In this document: piece after piece, positions 9,987-24,365 of the stretch
How positions within the stretch are numbered: the first letter of the stretch is position 1
Layout of the letters: every line of letters begins with the position of its first letter
NCBI GenBank assembly: GCA_965217585.1
Contig: OZ244561.1
Location: forward strand, 1,824,001 to 1,888,000
Length of the DNA: 64,000 nucleotides
From: Candidatus Latescibacterota bacterium
GTDB lineage: Bacteria > Latescibacterota > UBA2968 > UBA8231
Direction: 5' to 3'
Position numbers and translations under genes: made by a program
The notes under the pieces: model-generated
Database searches by the model: none
What the model saw: only the letters and a program-made list of their open reading frames with translations
What the model was told of the DNA's origin: nothing

Positions 9987-11480
9987 TTAAGGTAGCTGCG
10001 TGCTGCCCATCAGATAGCGGTCCACCTCGCGGGCGGCACCCCGGCCCTCGTTGATCGCCCACACGACCAAGCTCTGGCCGCGCCGCATATCGCCAGCGGC
10101 GAAAATACCTTCGACGCTGGTGGCGTATTCCTCGTGTTCAGCACGGGCGTTGGAGCGCTCATCGCGCTCGACGCCTAGCTGTTCGAGCATCGAGTCTTCT
10201 GGCCCGCGGAACCCCATCGCCAACAGCACCACGTCGGCCGGCCAGACCTTCTCGGTGCCCGCGACCGGCACGGGCGTGAAGCGACCGTTTTCATCCTTAT
10301 CCCACTCGATATTGACCGTATGTAGCTCCTTGACGCGGCCCTCGTCGTCGCCGACGAACCGCTGGGTCATAATCAGATAGGTGCGCGGATCATCGCCGAA
10401 GCGGGCTTTGGCCTCCTCTTGGCCGTAGTCGAGCTTATAGACGTTGGGCCACTGCGGCCAAGGGTTGTTGGGCGCGCGCTCGTCCGGTGGCCGGGGCATG
10501 ATCTCGAATTGCGAGAGCGTCTTGCATCCGTGGCGCATCGACGTGCCGACGCAGTCGGTGCCGGTGTCGCCGCCGCCGATGACGATCACGTGCTGGTCCT
10601 TGGCCGAGATGTAGTTGCCGTCCGCGTGATTGGAGTCGAGCAGGCTCTTGGTGTTGGCGTGCAAAAAGTTCATCGCAAAGTAGATGCCCTGCAGATCCCG
10701 CCCCTCAATCGGCAGATCGTTGGGCTTGGTGGCCCCGCCGCAAAGCACTAGCGCGTCGTTTCCTTCCACTAGCTGCGTCGCCGAAAGATCCACGCCGATT
10801 TCGGTGCGGGTGACGAACTTGACGCCCTCGGCCTCCATCAGATCGACGCGGCGCTGCACCACCTTTTTCTTGTCGAGCTTCATATTGGGTATCCCGTACA
10901 TCAGCAGGCCGCCGATGCGATCGGCCCGCTCGTACAAGGTCACCCAGTGGCCGGCGCGATTGAGTTGGGCGGCACAGGCCAAGCCCGCAGGACCTGAGCC
11001 GACGACAGCGACCTTCTTGCCGGTGCGCTTGTCGGGCGGCTCGGGCACCACCCAGCCCATCTCAAAGCCTTTATCGACAATGGCGCACTCGACGCTCTTG
11101 ATCGTCACCGGCGGGGCGTTGATCCCCAGCACGCAGGCCCCCTCGCAGGGTGCCGGGCAGACCCGGCCGGTAAACTCCGGGAAGTTGTTGGTCTTGTGCA
11201 GCCACTCCAGCGCTTCCTGCCACAACCCGCGATAGACTAAGTCGTTCCATTCGGGGATTAGGTTGTTGATCGGGCAGCCAGAGCCTTTGTCTCCCTGGCT
11301 GACGATGTCGCCCAAGTGGCAGAAGGGGATGCCGCAGTCCATGCAGCGCGCACCCTGATCGCGCAGGCGCTCGTCGGGGAAATGCTCGTGGAACTCGTCC
11401 CAGTCCGCGACGCGCTCTAACGGGTCGCGATCTTGCGGTAACTCGCGTGCAAATTCGATGAATCCGGTGGGTTTACCCAT
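9987..11480 (-). CDS. gltD: Glutamate synthase small (beta) subunit
   Basis: MGKPTGF start, [49 protein letters not shown]. Confidence 0.97.
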   Translation of the reverse strand: MGKPTGFIEFARELPQDRDPLERVADWDEFHEHFPDERLRDQGARCMDCGIPFCHLGDIVSQGDKGSGCPINNLIPEWNDLVYRGLWQEALEWLHKTNNFPEFTGRVCPAPCEGACVLGINAPPVTIKSVECAIVDKGFEMGWVVPEPPDKRTGKKVAVVGSGPAGLACAAQLNRAGHWVTLYERADRIGGLLMYGIPNMKLDKKKVVQRRVDLMEAEGVKFVTRTEIGVDLSATQLVEGNDALVLCGGATKPNDLPIEGRDLQGIYFAMNFLHANTKSLLDSNHADGNYISAKDQHVIVIGGGDTGTDCVGTSMRHGCKTLSQFEIMPRPPDERAPNNPWPQWPNVYKLDYGQEEAKARFGDDPRTYLIMTQRFVGDDEGRVKELHTVNIEWDKDENGRFTPVPVAGTEKVWPADVVLLAMGFRGPEDSMLEQLGVERDERSNARAEHEEYATSVEGIFAAGDMRRGQSLVVWAINEGRGAAREVDRYLMGSTQLP

Positions 11481-11506
11481 TGATTTTTTTCCTGTTCAGT
11501 ACCCTA

Positions 11507-16093
<4,587 letters not shown>

Positions 16094-16133
16094 TTTAATT
16101 TTCCCTTGCTTGATCTTCTAAAAAAGAAGGATT

Positions 16134-16161
16134 AATATATGAATTACGGCTACGTTGTCAA
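16134..16161 (-). promoter_or_regulatory. Putative sigma70 promoter for gltBD
   Basis: Minus-strand TTGACA-16 nt-TATATT upstream of gltB. Confidence 0.55.
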
Positions 16162-16202
16162 ACATCCTTACGCCAGTTTCCACAACTTTCTTCAAACATC
16201 CC

Positions 16203-16232
16203 TTGACAGCACTACCCTATATGGCCTAAATT
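16203..16232 (+). promoter_or_regulatory. Putative sigma70 promoter for the Lrp-like regulator
   Basis: TTGACA-18 nt-TAAATT upstream of ATG16269. Confidence 0.5.
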
Positions 16233-16268
16233 GCGCTAACCTTCACTTTAAAATGGACAATTCAGGCC

Positions 16269-16844
16269 ATGAGACGTTTTGACGAACAAGAGCGGCAGAT
16301 CGTCCGCACCCTCATCCGCAACCCCCGCTGCTCGGACAATCGCATCAGCACCTTAACCGGCGTGCCGGTGCGCACCGTCAGCCGCAAGCGCGCCCGCCTC
16401 GAACAGGAGGACATCCTCTTCTACTACGCGGCGGTCGATATGCAGGCCGAAGGCACGGGCCGCTTCTCGACCCAGCACATGCTAACCATCAAGTTCAAAT
16501 TGGGCATCACCCGCAGCCAGATCGTGCAGGAAATCCGCTCCGAACCCAACGTCGCCAACGTCTTCAGCGAGCTAATCCGCGACAGCTATATCGCCGAAGT
16601 AGATGGCCATATCGCGTTGGTGATGGTCGTCGAAGGCGAGTCCGACAGCGATGTGGCCGAAAGCGTCCAGGGCAAGATCATTCCCTCGCTGCAAAAAAAC
16701 CACGGCGAGGACTCGATCCAAGAGATGCAAACCATCCGCCTGTTGGACCCCATCAGGCGGCTGCACAACTATTTGCCCATGGTAAATACGAAGGCGGGTT
16801 TCATCGTCGACTCTTGGCCTGACGACGCTATTTTCGTCGAGTGA
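16269..16844 (+). CDS. Lrp/AsnC-like transcriptional regulator
   Basis: N-terminal HTH (DEQERQIVRTLIRNPRCSDNRISTLTGVPVRTVSRKRARLE) plus a RAM-like C-terminal domain; divergent from gltB. Confidence 0.75.
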   Translation: MRRFDEQERQIVRTLIRNPRCSDNRISTLTGVPVRTVSRKRARLEQEDILFYYAAVDMQAEGTGRFSTQHMLTIKFKLGITRSQIVQEIRSEPNVANVFSELIRDSYIAEVDGHIALVMVVEGESDSDVAESVQGKIIPSLQKNHGEDSIQEMQTIRLLDPIRRLHNYLPMVNTKAGFIVDSWPDDAIFVE

Positions 16845-16864
16845 CTACGGAAAAACAGCCCCTA

Positions 16865-18235
16865 TTAGCTCTCCTTTACCGCGGCCACCAAATCCAATAC
16901 CGCCTCCCGGGCATTGCCGAAAAACATCAGCGCATTTTCCGCGGCAAAAAGTGGATTGGGCAGCCCGGCAAACCCCGGGCTCAGGCTCCGCTTAATCACC
17001 ACCACTGTGCGCGCATTATCCACGTCGAGGATGGGCATTCCGGCAATCGGCCCGGAATCCGCGTCGCGGGCAAGGGGGTTGACCACATCGTTGGCGCCGA
17101 TGATTAGCGCCACATCGGTCTGCTGGAAGGTCGGGTTGATCCGGTCCATCTCCACCAGCTTGTCGTAGGGTACTTCGGCCTCGGCCAACAGCACGTTCAT
17201 GTGGCCCGGCATCCGACCCGCCACCGGATGAATCGCGTATTCGACCTCGACGCCGCGCTCTTCGAGCAAATTGGCCAAGTCCCGCACGGCGTGTTGCGCT
17301 TGGCCCACGGCCATGCCGTAGCCGGGGACCACCACCACGCGCCGGGCCGTGTCAAACAGCAACGCGATTTCCTCAGCCGAGGTTGACTTGATCTTGCCGG
17401 CATAGACCTCGTCGTCACTGGTGCCGCTGGCGACCTCGGCACCGACGCCGCCGAAGAATACATTACCCAGCGAGCGGTTCATGGCCCGGCACATGATTTG
17501 CGTCAAAATCAGCCCCGAGGCCCCCACCAGCGACCCCGCGATAATCAGCACGTTGTTGTCGAGCACAAAGCCGGTAGCCGCCGCCGCCAGACCCGAACAA
17601 GAATTGAGCAAAGCAATCACCACCGGCATATCGGCCCCGCCTATGGGCACCACGAGCAACACGCCCAACAGCGAGGCCACGCAGACCATAGCCCAGAAGG
17701 CGTCCGGCTCGCCCAGCACCAGCCAAGCAGCCAAGCCCGCGCTGCCGAGGGCCAGCACCCCGTTGCAAAACTGCTGGCCGGGAAACTGGATCAAGCCCTT
17801 GAGCACTTCCATCAGCTTGAGGAAGGCCACGATACTACCCCAGAAGGTCACCGCGCCGATGATCCCAGAGGCAGCCGTGGCAGCCGTGAATTGATAGGAA
17901 GGAGCCTGCGCCTCAATCAGCGCCGCGCCAGCCACCAACGCGGAGGCACCGCCACCCAAGCCGTTAAAAATCGCCACCAACTCGGGCATGGAGGTCAGGG
18001 GAATTTTTACCGCGAGGATCATGCCAACCAGCGCGCCGACGACGGCGCCGAGCAAAATGTATTCGCCGGAGAGGATCCGCTGATCCAGCAGGGTGGCGAC
18101 GACGGCCAACAACATCCCCAAGGCACCCAGCAAATTGCCGCGGACGGCCGTGCGTGGGTGCGTCAGCCCCTTGAGGCCGAGGATGAAGAGGACCGAGGCG
18201 ACCAGATAGGCGAAGTTAATCAGGGTCGCGCCCAT
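16865..18235 (-). CDS. pntB: NAD(P) transhydrogenase beta subunit
   Basis: GGADMPVVIALLNS, PGYGMAV, HPVAGRMPGHMNVLLAEA, GANDVVNP. Confidence 0.97.
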   Translation of the reverse strand: MGATLINFAYLVASVLFILGLKGLTHPRTAVRGNLLGALGMLLAVVATLLDQRILSGEYILLGAVVGALVGMILAVKIPLTSMPELVAIFNGLGGGASALVAGAALIEAQAPSYQFTAATAASGIIGAVTFWGSIVAFLKLMEVLKGLIQFPGQQFCNGVLALGSAGLAAWLVLGEPDAFWAMVCVASLLGVLLVVPIGGADMPVVIALLNSCSGLAAAATGFVLDNNVLIIAGSLVGASGLILTQIMCRAMNRSLGNVFFGGVGAEVASGTSDDEVYAGKIKSTSAEEIALLFDTARRVVVVPGYGMAVGQAQHAVRDLANLLEERGVEVEYAIHPVAGRMPGHMNVLLAEAEVPYDKLVEMDRINPTFQQTDVALIIGANDVVNPLARDADSGPIAGMPILDVDNARTVVVIKRSLSPGFAGLPNPLFAAENALMFFGNAREAVLDLVAAVKES

Positions 18236-18238
18236 GCG

Positions 18239-18520
18239 CTAGTCCCGCCTCCTGAACATCCCCAACATGCGGTGCGTCACCATGAATCCACCCACCACGT
18301 TGATAGTGGCGAAGACGACGGCCGCCAACCCCAAATAGGTCGCCAAGGCCGAGTGCTCGGAACCGGCCGAAAGCAGCGCACCGATTAGGGTGATACCGGA
18401 GATGGCGTTGGAGCCGGACATCAGCGGCGTGTGCAGGGTCGGTGGGATCTTGGTGATAATTTCAAAGCCGACGAAGACAGCTAGTGCAAACACCGTCAGC
18501 GCGGTTACGAGGACATCCAC
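18239..18520 (-). CDS. pntAb: NAD(P) transhydrogenase alpha subunit, membrane part (alpha-2)
   Basis: PPTLHTPLMSGSNAISG, INVVGGF..T.RML.MF. Confidence 0.93.
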   Translation of the reverse strand: MDVLVTALTVFALAVFVGFEIITKIPPTLHTPLMSGSNAISGITLIGALLSAGSEHSALATYLGLAAVVFATINVVGGFMVTHRMLGMFRRRD

Positions 18521-19668
18521 TATAAGGCTCCTTTGCGGATGCGCGGATGGACGATCTCACCATCGCGCAATACCAAAGTCTCGCGCGTGATTTCGTCTTC
18601 CATGTCGAATTGCAACTCACCTTCGCCCGCCAAATGCCGGAAGAAGGTCGCTATATTGTGCGAGTACATTTGGCTGGCGTGGTGCGGCACGGTCGCCGGC
18701 AGATTGAGCGGCCCCATGATCTGCACTCCGTCCTCTACGACCGTCTCCCCAGGACGCGTCAGCTCGCAGTTGCCACCGCGCTCGGCGGCCAAATCGACGA
18801 TGACCGACCCCGGCCCCATGCTCTGCACGGCCGCGGCCGTAATCAACAAAGGGGCAGGTTGCCCCGGTATCGCAGCCGTGGTGATGACCACGTCGCTCTG
18901 GCCGGCAACTTTGGCTAACTCCTCGCGCTGGCGACGGTAGAAAACCTCGTCTTGCGCCCGCGCGTACCCCCCCGCGTCCTCAGAGTCACCAGCGTCGATG
19001 TCCAATTCCACGAACTCGGCCCCGAGGCTCTCGACCTGTTCTTTAACCGCTGGCCGCACGTCGTACGCCCGGATGACCGCTCCTAGGCGCCGGGCCGTGG
19101 CAATGGCTTGGAGACCGGCGACCCCTGCGCCAATGACCAGTACCCGGGCCGGGGTCAACGTACCAGCGGCTGTCATCAAGAGCGGAAACATGCGCGGCAG
19201 GGCCGCAGCGGCCAAGAGCACCGCTTTGTAGCCAGCGATCGTGGCCATAGACGAGAGCACATCCATGCTCTGGGCGCGGGTAATGCGCGGAATCAGTTCC
19301 ATGGCGAACAGGGTCGCTCCGGCATCGGCCAGCGCAGATAGTTGGGGACCAGCGGTCAGCGGGTCCGAAGCCCCAATGAGGACTTGACCAGAGCGGATCC
19401 GGGCCAAATCGGCGCGGCCAGCCTCCAGATTCGCGCCGAGCGTGCGCACCTGTAGCACCACGTCGGCGCGGGCGAACACCTCATCGCGGTCGGCGGCGAT
19501 CTCAGCACCGCGGTCGGCATAGGCCGCATCGGCATATCCGGCTGCGGCACCCGCGCCCGGCTCTATTAGGAGGTCCGCGTTGCAGGCCGACAACCCGGAC
19601 ACAGCCTCCGGGACCAAGGCGACCCGATGCTCTCCAGCGAAGGTCTCTCGTGCGATACCAACGATCAT
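18520..19668 (-). CDS. pntAa: NAD(P) transhydrogenase alpha subunit, NAD-binding domain I (alpha-1)
   Basis: EHRVALVP, RAQSMDVLSS, GAGVAGL, GGYA, DLAAERGGNC. Confidence 0.95.
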   Translation of the reverse strand: MIVGIARETFAGEHRVALVPEAVSGLSACNADLLIEPGAGAAAGYADAAYADRGAEIAADRDEVFARADVVLQVRTLGANLEAGRADLARIRSGQVLIGASDPLTAGPQLSALADAGATLFAMELIPRITRAQSMDVLSSMATIAGYKAVLLAAAALPRMFPLLMTAAGTLTPARVLVIGAGVAGLQAIATARRLGAVIRAYDVRPAVKEQVESLGAEFVELDIDAGDSEDAGGYARAQDEVFYRRQREELAKVAGQSDVVITTAAIPGQPAPLLITAAAVQSMGPGSVIVDLAAERGGNCELTRPGETVVEDGVQIMGPLNLPATVPHHASQMYSHNIATFFRHLAGEGELQFDMEDEITRETLVLRDGEIVHPRIRKGAL

Positions 19669-19671
19669 TTA

Positions 19672-19962
19672 TTAGTGATGGGACACCAGCTTGTCGTGGT
19701 GCTTTTTGAGCTGGCTTTCGATTTTGGACTCGGCTTCGGCGAGGGCCTTGTAGAGATTGTCCGCCGCCCCTGTGGCCGCGAACGTACGGTGCGGTACCTT
19801 GACGATAATTTCCACTTTGTCGTCGTGTTTTTCCTTGTCGAGGACGACTTCGCAATCCACGATGCGGTCGAAGTAGTTTTCGAGCTTATTACAAGAACTA
19901 GCAATGTGCGCTTTGGTTTCTTCTGAAATCTTGCCGTGGCGCATACTGATTCTGGTCTGCAT
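19672..19962 (-). CDS. hpf: Ribosome hibernation promoting factor (short HPF/RaiA)
   Basis: 96 aa; ISMRHG..S, KLENYFD, DNLYKAL..A..KIESQLKKH. Confidence 0.88.
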   Translation of the reverse strand: MQTRISMRHGKISEETKAHIASSCNKLENYFDRIVDCEVVLDKEKHDDKVEIIVKVPHRTFAATGAADNLYKALAEAESKIESQLKKHHDKLVSHH

Positions 19963-20012
19963 CCCCTAATCCTTTCTCAATTATTTAGACAAAATTTAAT
20001 CGCCGACCCGCC

Positions 20013-21296
20013 TTAGGGCCGCTCTGCGAGAGGCTGATAGGTGCGCTGAACCGAGCCGGTGTAAACCTGACGCGGGCGGCTGATTTTGGTGGCTTTGCTC
20101 TCCTCGTACCAATGCGCGATCCAGCCCGGCATGCGGCCGATGGCGAAGATCACGGTGAACATCTCCTTGGGAATGCCGAGGGCGCGGAGAATGACGCCGC
20201 TGTAGAAATCCACGTTGGGATAGAGCTTGCGCTGGATGAAGTAATCGTCCCCCAGCGCCACAGCTTCCAGCTCTTTCGCGATGTCGAGCAGGGGGTCGTT
20301 GATGTGGAGCTTAGCCAACACTTTCTCGCAGCTCTTTTTGATGATCTTAGCGCGCGGGTCAAAATTCTTGTACACCCGATGCCCAAACCCCATCAAGCGG
20401 ATCCCGGCTTTCTTGTCCTTGACCTGAGCGACGTAGTCGCCGACCGAAACGTTTTCGTCGCGGAATTTCTCTAGCATGTCCACCACCGCCACATTGGCCC
20501 CGCCGTGCAGCGGCCCCCATAGAGCGGAGACGCCCGCCGCCACCGAGGCGAAGAGGTTGGCTTCGCTGCTGCCGACCATCCGCACCGTCGAGGTGCTGCA
20601 ATTCTGCTCGTGGTCGGCGTGGAGGAGGAAGATCAAATCCAGCGCGTCGACCAGCACGGGGTCCGCCTCAAACTCGTTGTACGGCTGGCTGAACATCATG
20701 TGCAGGAAATTCTCTGCGTACCTTTTTTTTGGATGCGGGTACTCGATGTGGTGGCCTAGCTGCTGGCGATGGGAATAGGCGGCAATGGTGCGGACCTTGG
20801 ACATGATGCGCGCGGCTGCTTCGATGAAGGTCTCCTCGTCCTGAATCTCCAACAGCTCGGGATAGTAGCAGCTCAAGGCATTGAGCACCGAGGACAAGAC
20901 GGCCATTGGCGGCGAGTTGGGCGGAAAGAGGCTGAAGTGTTGCTTTAGTTCCTCGCGCAGCATCTGGTGCTTGGTCAATAGCGCGCTGAACTCGTCTAGC
21001 TGCGCGGCGTTGGGCAACTCACCCCAGATCAGCAAATAGGCGACCTCGATGAAGCGGCTGTACTCGGCCAAGTCCTCGATCGCATAGCCTCGGTAGCGCA
21101 AAATGCCCGCATCGCCGTCGATAAAGGTGATATCGCTCTGACAGGAGCCCGTATTGCCGTAGCCGGGATCTAGGGCGATGTACCCGGTTTCGGCGCGCAG
21201 TTTGGCAATATCGAGTGCCTTTTCGCCCTCGCTGCCGACGACGACAGGCAGTTCGACGGTCTGGTCCCCGACCTGCAAGCGGGCGGTTTCCGCCAT
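20013..21296 (-). CDS. gltA: Citrate synthase (type II)
   Basis: DPGYGNT, LRYRGY, HADHEQNCST, GPLHGGAN, LMGFGHRVYK, YPNVDFYSG. Confidence 0.97.
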   Translation of the reverse strand: MAETARLQVGDQTVELPVVVGSEGEKALDIAKLRAETGYIALDPGYGNTGSCQSDITFIDGDAGILRYRGYAIEDLAEYSRFIEVAYLLIWGELPNAAQLDEFSALLTKHQMLREELKQHFSLFPPNSPPMAVLSSVLNALSCYYPELLEIQDEETFIEAAARIMSKVRTIAAYSHRQQLGHHIEYPHPKKRYAENFLHMMFSQPYNEFEADPVLVDALDLIFLLHADHEQNCSTSTVRMVGSSEANLFASVAAGVSALWGPLHGGANVAVVDMLEKFRDENVSVGDYVAQVKDKKAGIRLMGFGHRVYKNFDPRAKIIKKSCEKVLAKLHINDPLLDIAKELEAVALGDDYFIQRKLYPNVDFYSGVILRALGIPKEMFTVIFAIGRMPGWIAHWYEESKATKISRPRQVYTGSVQRTYQPLAERP

Positions 21297-21378
21297 GTCT
21301 TGTTCTCCTTTATATTAACTCGGTCGCCGGGTGCGCTGAGTCGCGCCCCAAGCGCGGTAGGTGTGCTGTTTTTATCAG

Positions 21379-21407
21379 ATAGTAGGCTCTAAAATTTGCA
21401 CTGTCAA
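21379..21407 (-). promoter_or_regulatory. Sigma70 promoter for the gltA-hpf-pnt operon
   Basis: Minus-strand TTGACA-17 nt-TACTAT, about 80 nt upstream of gltA. Confidence 0.7.
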
Positions 21408-21580
21408 TATGGCTGAGGCAGCCATTCTGGGAACCGGTCTCCCCCTCCGACCCGCCCCCGCTTCCCTTTCTCGTCTGCCTTTTCGCTGCCCTGTCCGGCG
21501 CGAGCGCAACGGCGCGGGTCCTCGCGGCGGAGTACACCCTTTTCCCCATTTATCAACTGATGTTACGTACCTTCCCATTT

Positions 21581-21655
21581 GAGGGTGGTCAGCGAGGCGT
21601 TAAAACGAAAGTCTAAGCGGGCTTGATCCCGCACTTGCGCATCCGTCAAGCCAGT
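21581..21655 (-). pseudogene. Short transposase remnant (IS4/DDE-like C-terminal motif)
   Basis: Translates TGLTDAQVRDQARLDFRFNASLTTL, resembling the TGLxxCQARxxxxLxFHFNASL motif of DDE transposases. Confidence 0.55.
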
Positions 21656-21706
21656 AGTATCAAATGTTTTATTCAATTCCACGTCTTCCAGATTAGAGGC
21701 CTTCCC

Positions 21707-22864
21707 ATGGTTGCGCCAGGAGTCATTGTCTTGTTGATGTTTGCCACAGGGGCTGCAGGAGCCGACGGCCAGGTCCGAGATGGCGAATTTCACGGCCAGT
21801 CAGCCCTGATCCTCTCAAACGACAGGATTGAATTGAGCATATTGCCCAATGGCGGGTCGATTGCTAGGCTAGTTTTGAAAGATGATCCAGAGCAGATGAA
21901 TCCCCTGTGGGACTCGGTTCGCGCCAGCGAAGAAGCCGGACACCCAGCCCAGCCGGGAGGTGCAGTGGGACACTTCGTTTGCGTCGATGGGTTCGGCCCG
22001 GTTTCAGATGAGGAGAGGACCGCAGGACTGCCCGGGCACGGGGAAGCCCATACGCTGCCTTGGGTAACTCAGTCTTTCGGGATGGAGGGCAATGTTGCAA
22101 GCCTGACGCAGGCCGTGCAATTGCCGCGCGTCCACGAAGTGTATACCCGCACGATCAAGATGGTTGAGGGGGAAAACGTGGTCTATGTGCAGAGCACGCT
22201 CCAGAGCCTGCTGGGATTTGACCGCCCTGTCTGTTGGGCCGAGCACGCGACGATTGGATCGCCCTTCCTAGAGGCTGGTGTCACTGTGGTGGATATCTCC
22301 GAAAATCGCGCCGTGACGAGGCCGCATGAGAACAAAAATTCGTTGTACCGGCTGCCGTCGAATCAGGAGTTCACCTGGCCGCTGCTCACCACACCGGACG
22401 ATGGGCAGATCGATTTGCGCGCAGCCCCAGTTCCGCCGAATTCCTTGGAAGACCATACCGCGCATCGGCTCGACCCGAATCGGCAGTACGCCTTTGTGAC
22501 GGCGCTTCATCCCGGAAAACGCCTCCTGCTCGGTTACCTCTTTCCAACCGAGCAGTTCCCCTGGCTACAGATCTGGGAGCACTATCCGCCGTCGGGCATC
22601 ATGGCCCGCGGGTTGGAGTTCGGCAGTCAGGCGTTTGATCTACCGCGCCGCACGGTCGTCACTCAGAACAAGCTCTTCGACCAGTTGCTCTATCGCTGGC
22701 TGCCTGCCCAGTCGTCGATTGAAGGGAATTTCCTGATGTTCTGGACGCGGACCCCGGAGGGGTTCCAGGGAGTTGACGACATACAGTGGAAAGATAACGA
22801 GTTGCGCATAGAGGATCGACGTACAGGAAAGCGTCTGATCCTGAAAGCTTCGCTCCGATTATGA
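21707..22864 (+). CDS. Secreted galactose mutarotase/aldose epimerase-like protein
   Basis: Signal peptide; LSNDRIELSILP.GG.I, HGEAH, WAEHAT, PWLQIW and GLEFG motifs. Confidence 0.6.
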   Translation: MVAPGVIVLLMFATGAAGADGQVRDGEFHGQSALILSNDRIELSILPNGGSIARLVLKDDPEQMNPLWDSVRASEEAGHPAQPGGAVGHFVCVDGFGPVSDEERTAGLPGHGEAHTLPWVTQSFGMEGNVASLTQAVQLPRVHEVYTRTIKMVEGENVVYVQSTLQSLLGFDRPVCWAEHATIGSPFLEAGVTVVDISENRAVTRPHENKNSLYRLPSNQEFTWPLLTTPDDGQIDLRAAPVPPNSLEDHTAHRLDPNRQYAFVTALHPGKRLLLGYLFPTEQFPWLQIWEHYPPSGIMARGLEFGSQAFDLPRRTVVTQNKLFDQLLYRWLPAQSSIEGNFLMFWTRTPEGFQGVDDIQWKDNELRIEDRRTGKRLILKASLRL

Positions 22865-23982
22865 AACCGCTTCTCAAAATGTTACTCCGGTATTCCGGGG
22901 GCGAATTTATTTGGAGTTTATTTGCGCATAGGCATAGGAAGACTGAAGGAAGACCTCCTGCTGGATTTCTCTGGGTCTTTGTTTTTTATCTTGCTTTGTT
23001 TGGAATTGCTTCATTAAGGTACGAAAATAGAATTGATATGGCAGAGAATAGACTGGCTGATTTTAATACGCAGTTACAATCCAGCTACAAATCAGCCTTT
23101 GAATTTTTACCTGCTATGCAAAAAATACAAATCCCAGTTACACCTAATCTAGTCGCTCCATCCTCTGTCTTTAGATCTTTTATTGAAGAAATCTTGGATG
23201 TGAATGTTGCCTATAAACTAAAGGCAACAATGGAAGCCTGGAAGGATTCTCTAAGTTATATTGGTTTGGATTTGGTTGATTTAAGTAATACGAATCTGAG
23301 TGGAGCAAACCTGAGAGAGGCAAGTTTGATAGGAGCTAATCTTGATTCGGCTCTTCTGGCCAAGGCCGATTTGAGAGAGGCTTATATGCTTTATGCGAAT
23401 TTGCAAGATGCGAATTTGCAAGATGCAGATCTGCGGCAAGCGTATCTGCGGGAAGTGAATCTGCAAAAAGCAAATCTGAGCGGAGCGGACCTGCAAAAAG
23501 CAAATCTGGAAAGAGTGAATCTGTGGCGGGCGAATCTGCAAAAAGCAAATCTGAGCGGAGCGAATCTACAAAAAGCAAATCTGGAAAGAGTGAATCTGCA
23601 AAAAGCAAATCTGAGCGGAGCGGACCTGCAAAAAGCAAATCTGGAAAGAGCAAATCTAGTGGGAGCAAATCTGCAAAAAGCAAATCTGAGCGGAGCGGAC
23701 CTGCAAAAAGCAAATCTGCGAGGAGTGGACCTGCGAAAAGCAAATCTGGAAAGAGCAAATCTAGTGGGAGCAAATCTGCAAAAAGCGGACCTTGGGGGGA
23801 CTAATCTGGCGGGAACGAATCTGCAAAAAGCAAATCTGAGCGGAACCTCTTCAAGAGGTTTAACTATTGGTCAGCTACTGCAAGTCAAGTCCCTGTATAA
23901 TGCCTTTGGGCTAGGACAAGAAATTATGGGACAATTACAGGAACAGGCACCTGATCTTTTGACCGCCAAGTCCCTGCGCTGA
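22861..23982 (+). CDS. Membrane-anchored pentapeptide repeat protein
   Basis: Hydrophobic N-terminal segments; long A(N/D)L(Q/E/S)x repeat tract; AT-richer than its neighbours. Confidence 0.9.
   Translation: MKPLLKMLLRYSGGEFIWSLFAHRHRKTEGRPPAGFLWVFVFYLALFGIASLRYENRIDMAENRLADFNTQLQSSYKSAFEFLPAMQKIQIPVTPNLVAPSSVFRSFIEEILDVNVAYKLKATMEAWKDSLSYIGLDLVDLSNTNLSGANLREASLIGANLDSALLAKADLREAYMLYANLQDANLQDADLRQAYLREVNLQKANLSGADLQKANLERVNLWRANLQKANLSGANLQKANLERVNLQKANLSGADLQKANLERANLVGANLQKANLSGADLQKANLRGVDLRKANLERANLVGANLQKADLGGTNLAGTNLQKANLSGTSSRGLTIGQLLQVKSLYNAFGLGQEIMGQLQEQAPDLLTAKSLR
23290..23845 (+). repeat. 15-bp-periodic pentapeptide-coding repeat tract
   Basis: Many near-identical copies of ctgcaaaaagcaaatctg. 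Confidence 0.9.
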
Positions 23983-24016
23983 AGGGCTTGCAAGAAGCCG
24001 TCGGACACTCACGGCG

Positions 24017-24335
24017 CTACTCGCTTGTGAGTCGATCCAATATCGGCGGCAACAGAGCCCAGGGACAGCCGGTTTTGGTCCGATACAAAAGGCCCTTGAT
24101 GATCTGGCGTGGATCCCGCCGCGGGCGGCCCGCCCCGCCGGGATGCCAAGTGGGGGTGGGCCGTAGCGGCTCGATCAGACCCCATTGCGCGTCGGTTATA
24201 TCGGTGGCATACTCGTCGGCAGGCGTACTCATCATAGGGCCTTTCTGTTCAGATTTTGTGGTGAAAGCTGAATATGGCCCGATGAGTACGCCGCTTCAAG
24301 CGCTCGATACTGTATAAGGACTTTCAGACAGCTTC
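24017..24335 (-). mobile_element. IS5-family (IS1031/IS427-like) remnant: left end plus truncated transposase N-terminus
   Basis: ORF 24017-24235 YATDITDAQWGLIEPL..GRPR..DPRQII.GLLYRTKTGCPWALLP; terminal IR GAAGCTGTCTGAAAGTCC at 24335-24318 next to TAA. Confidence 0.85.
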
Positions 24336-24365
24336 TAAGAGCAGAATTCCCATTCATGGTCTCAT

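Noticed and set aside
23290-23845. Pentapeptide DNA repeats as CRISPR, and the alternative-frame ORFs (SKS-rich 23523-23804, DLLF-rich 23336-23773)
   Set aside because: Fully explained by the 15-bp periodicity of the pentapeptide CDS
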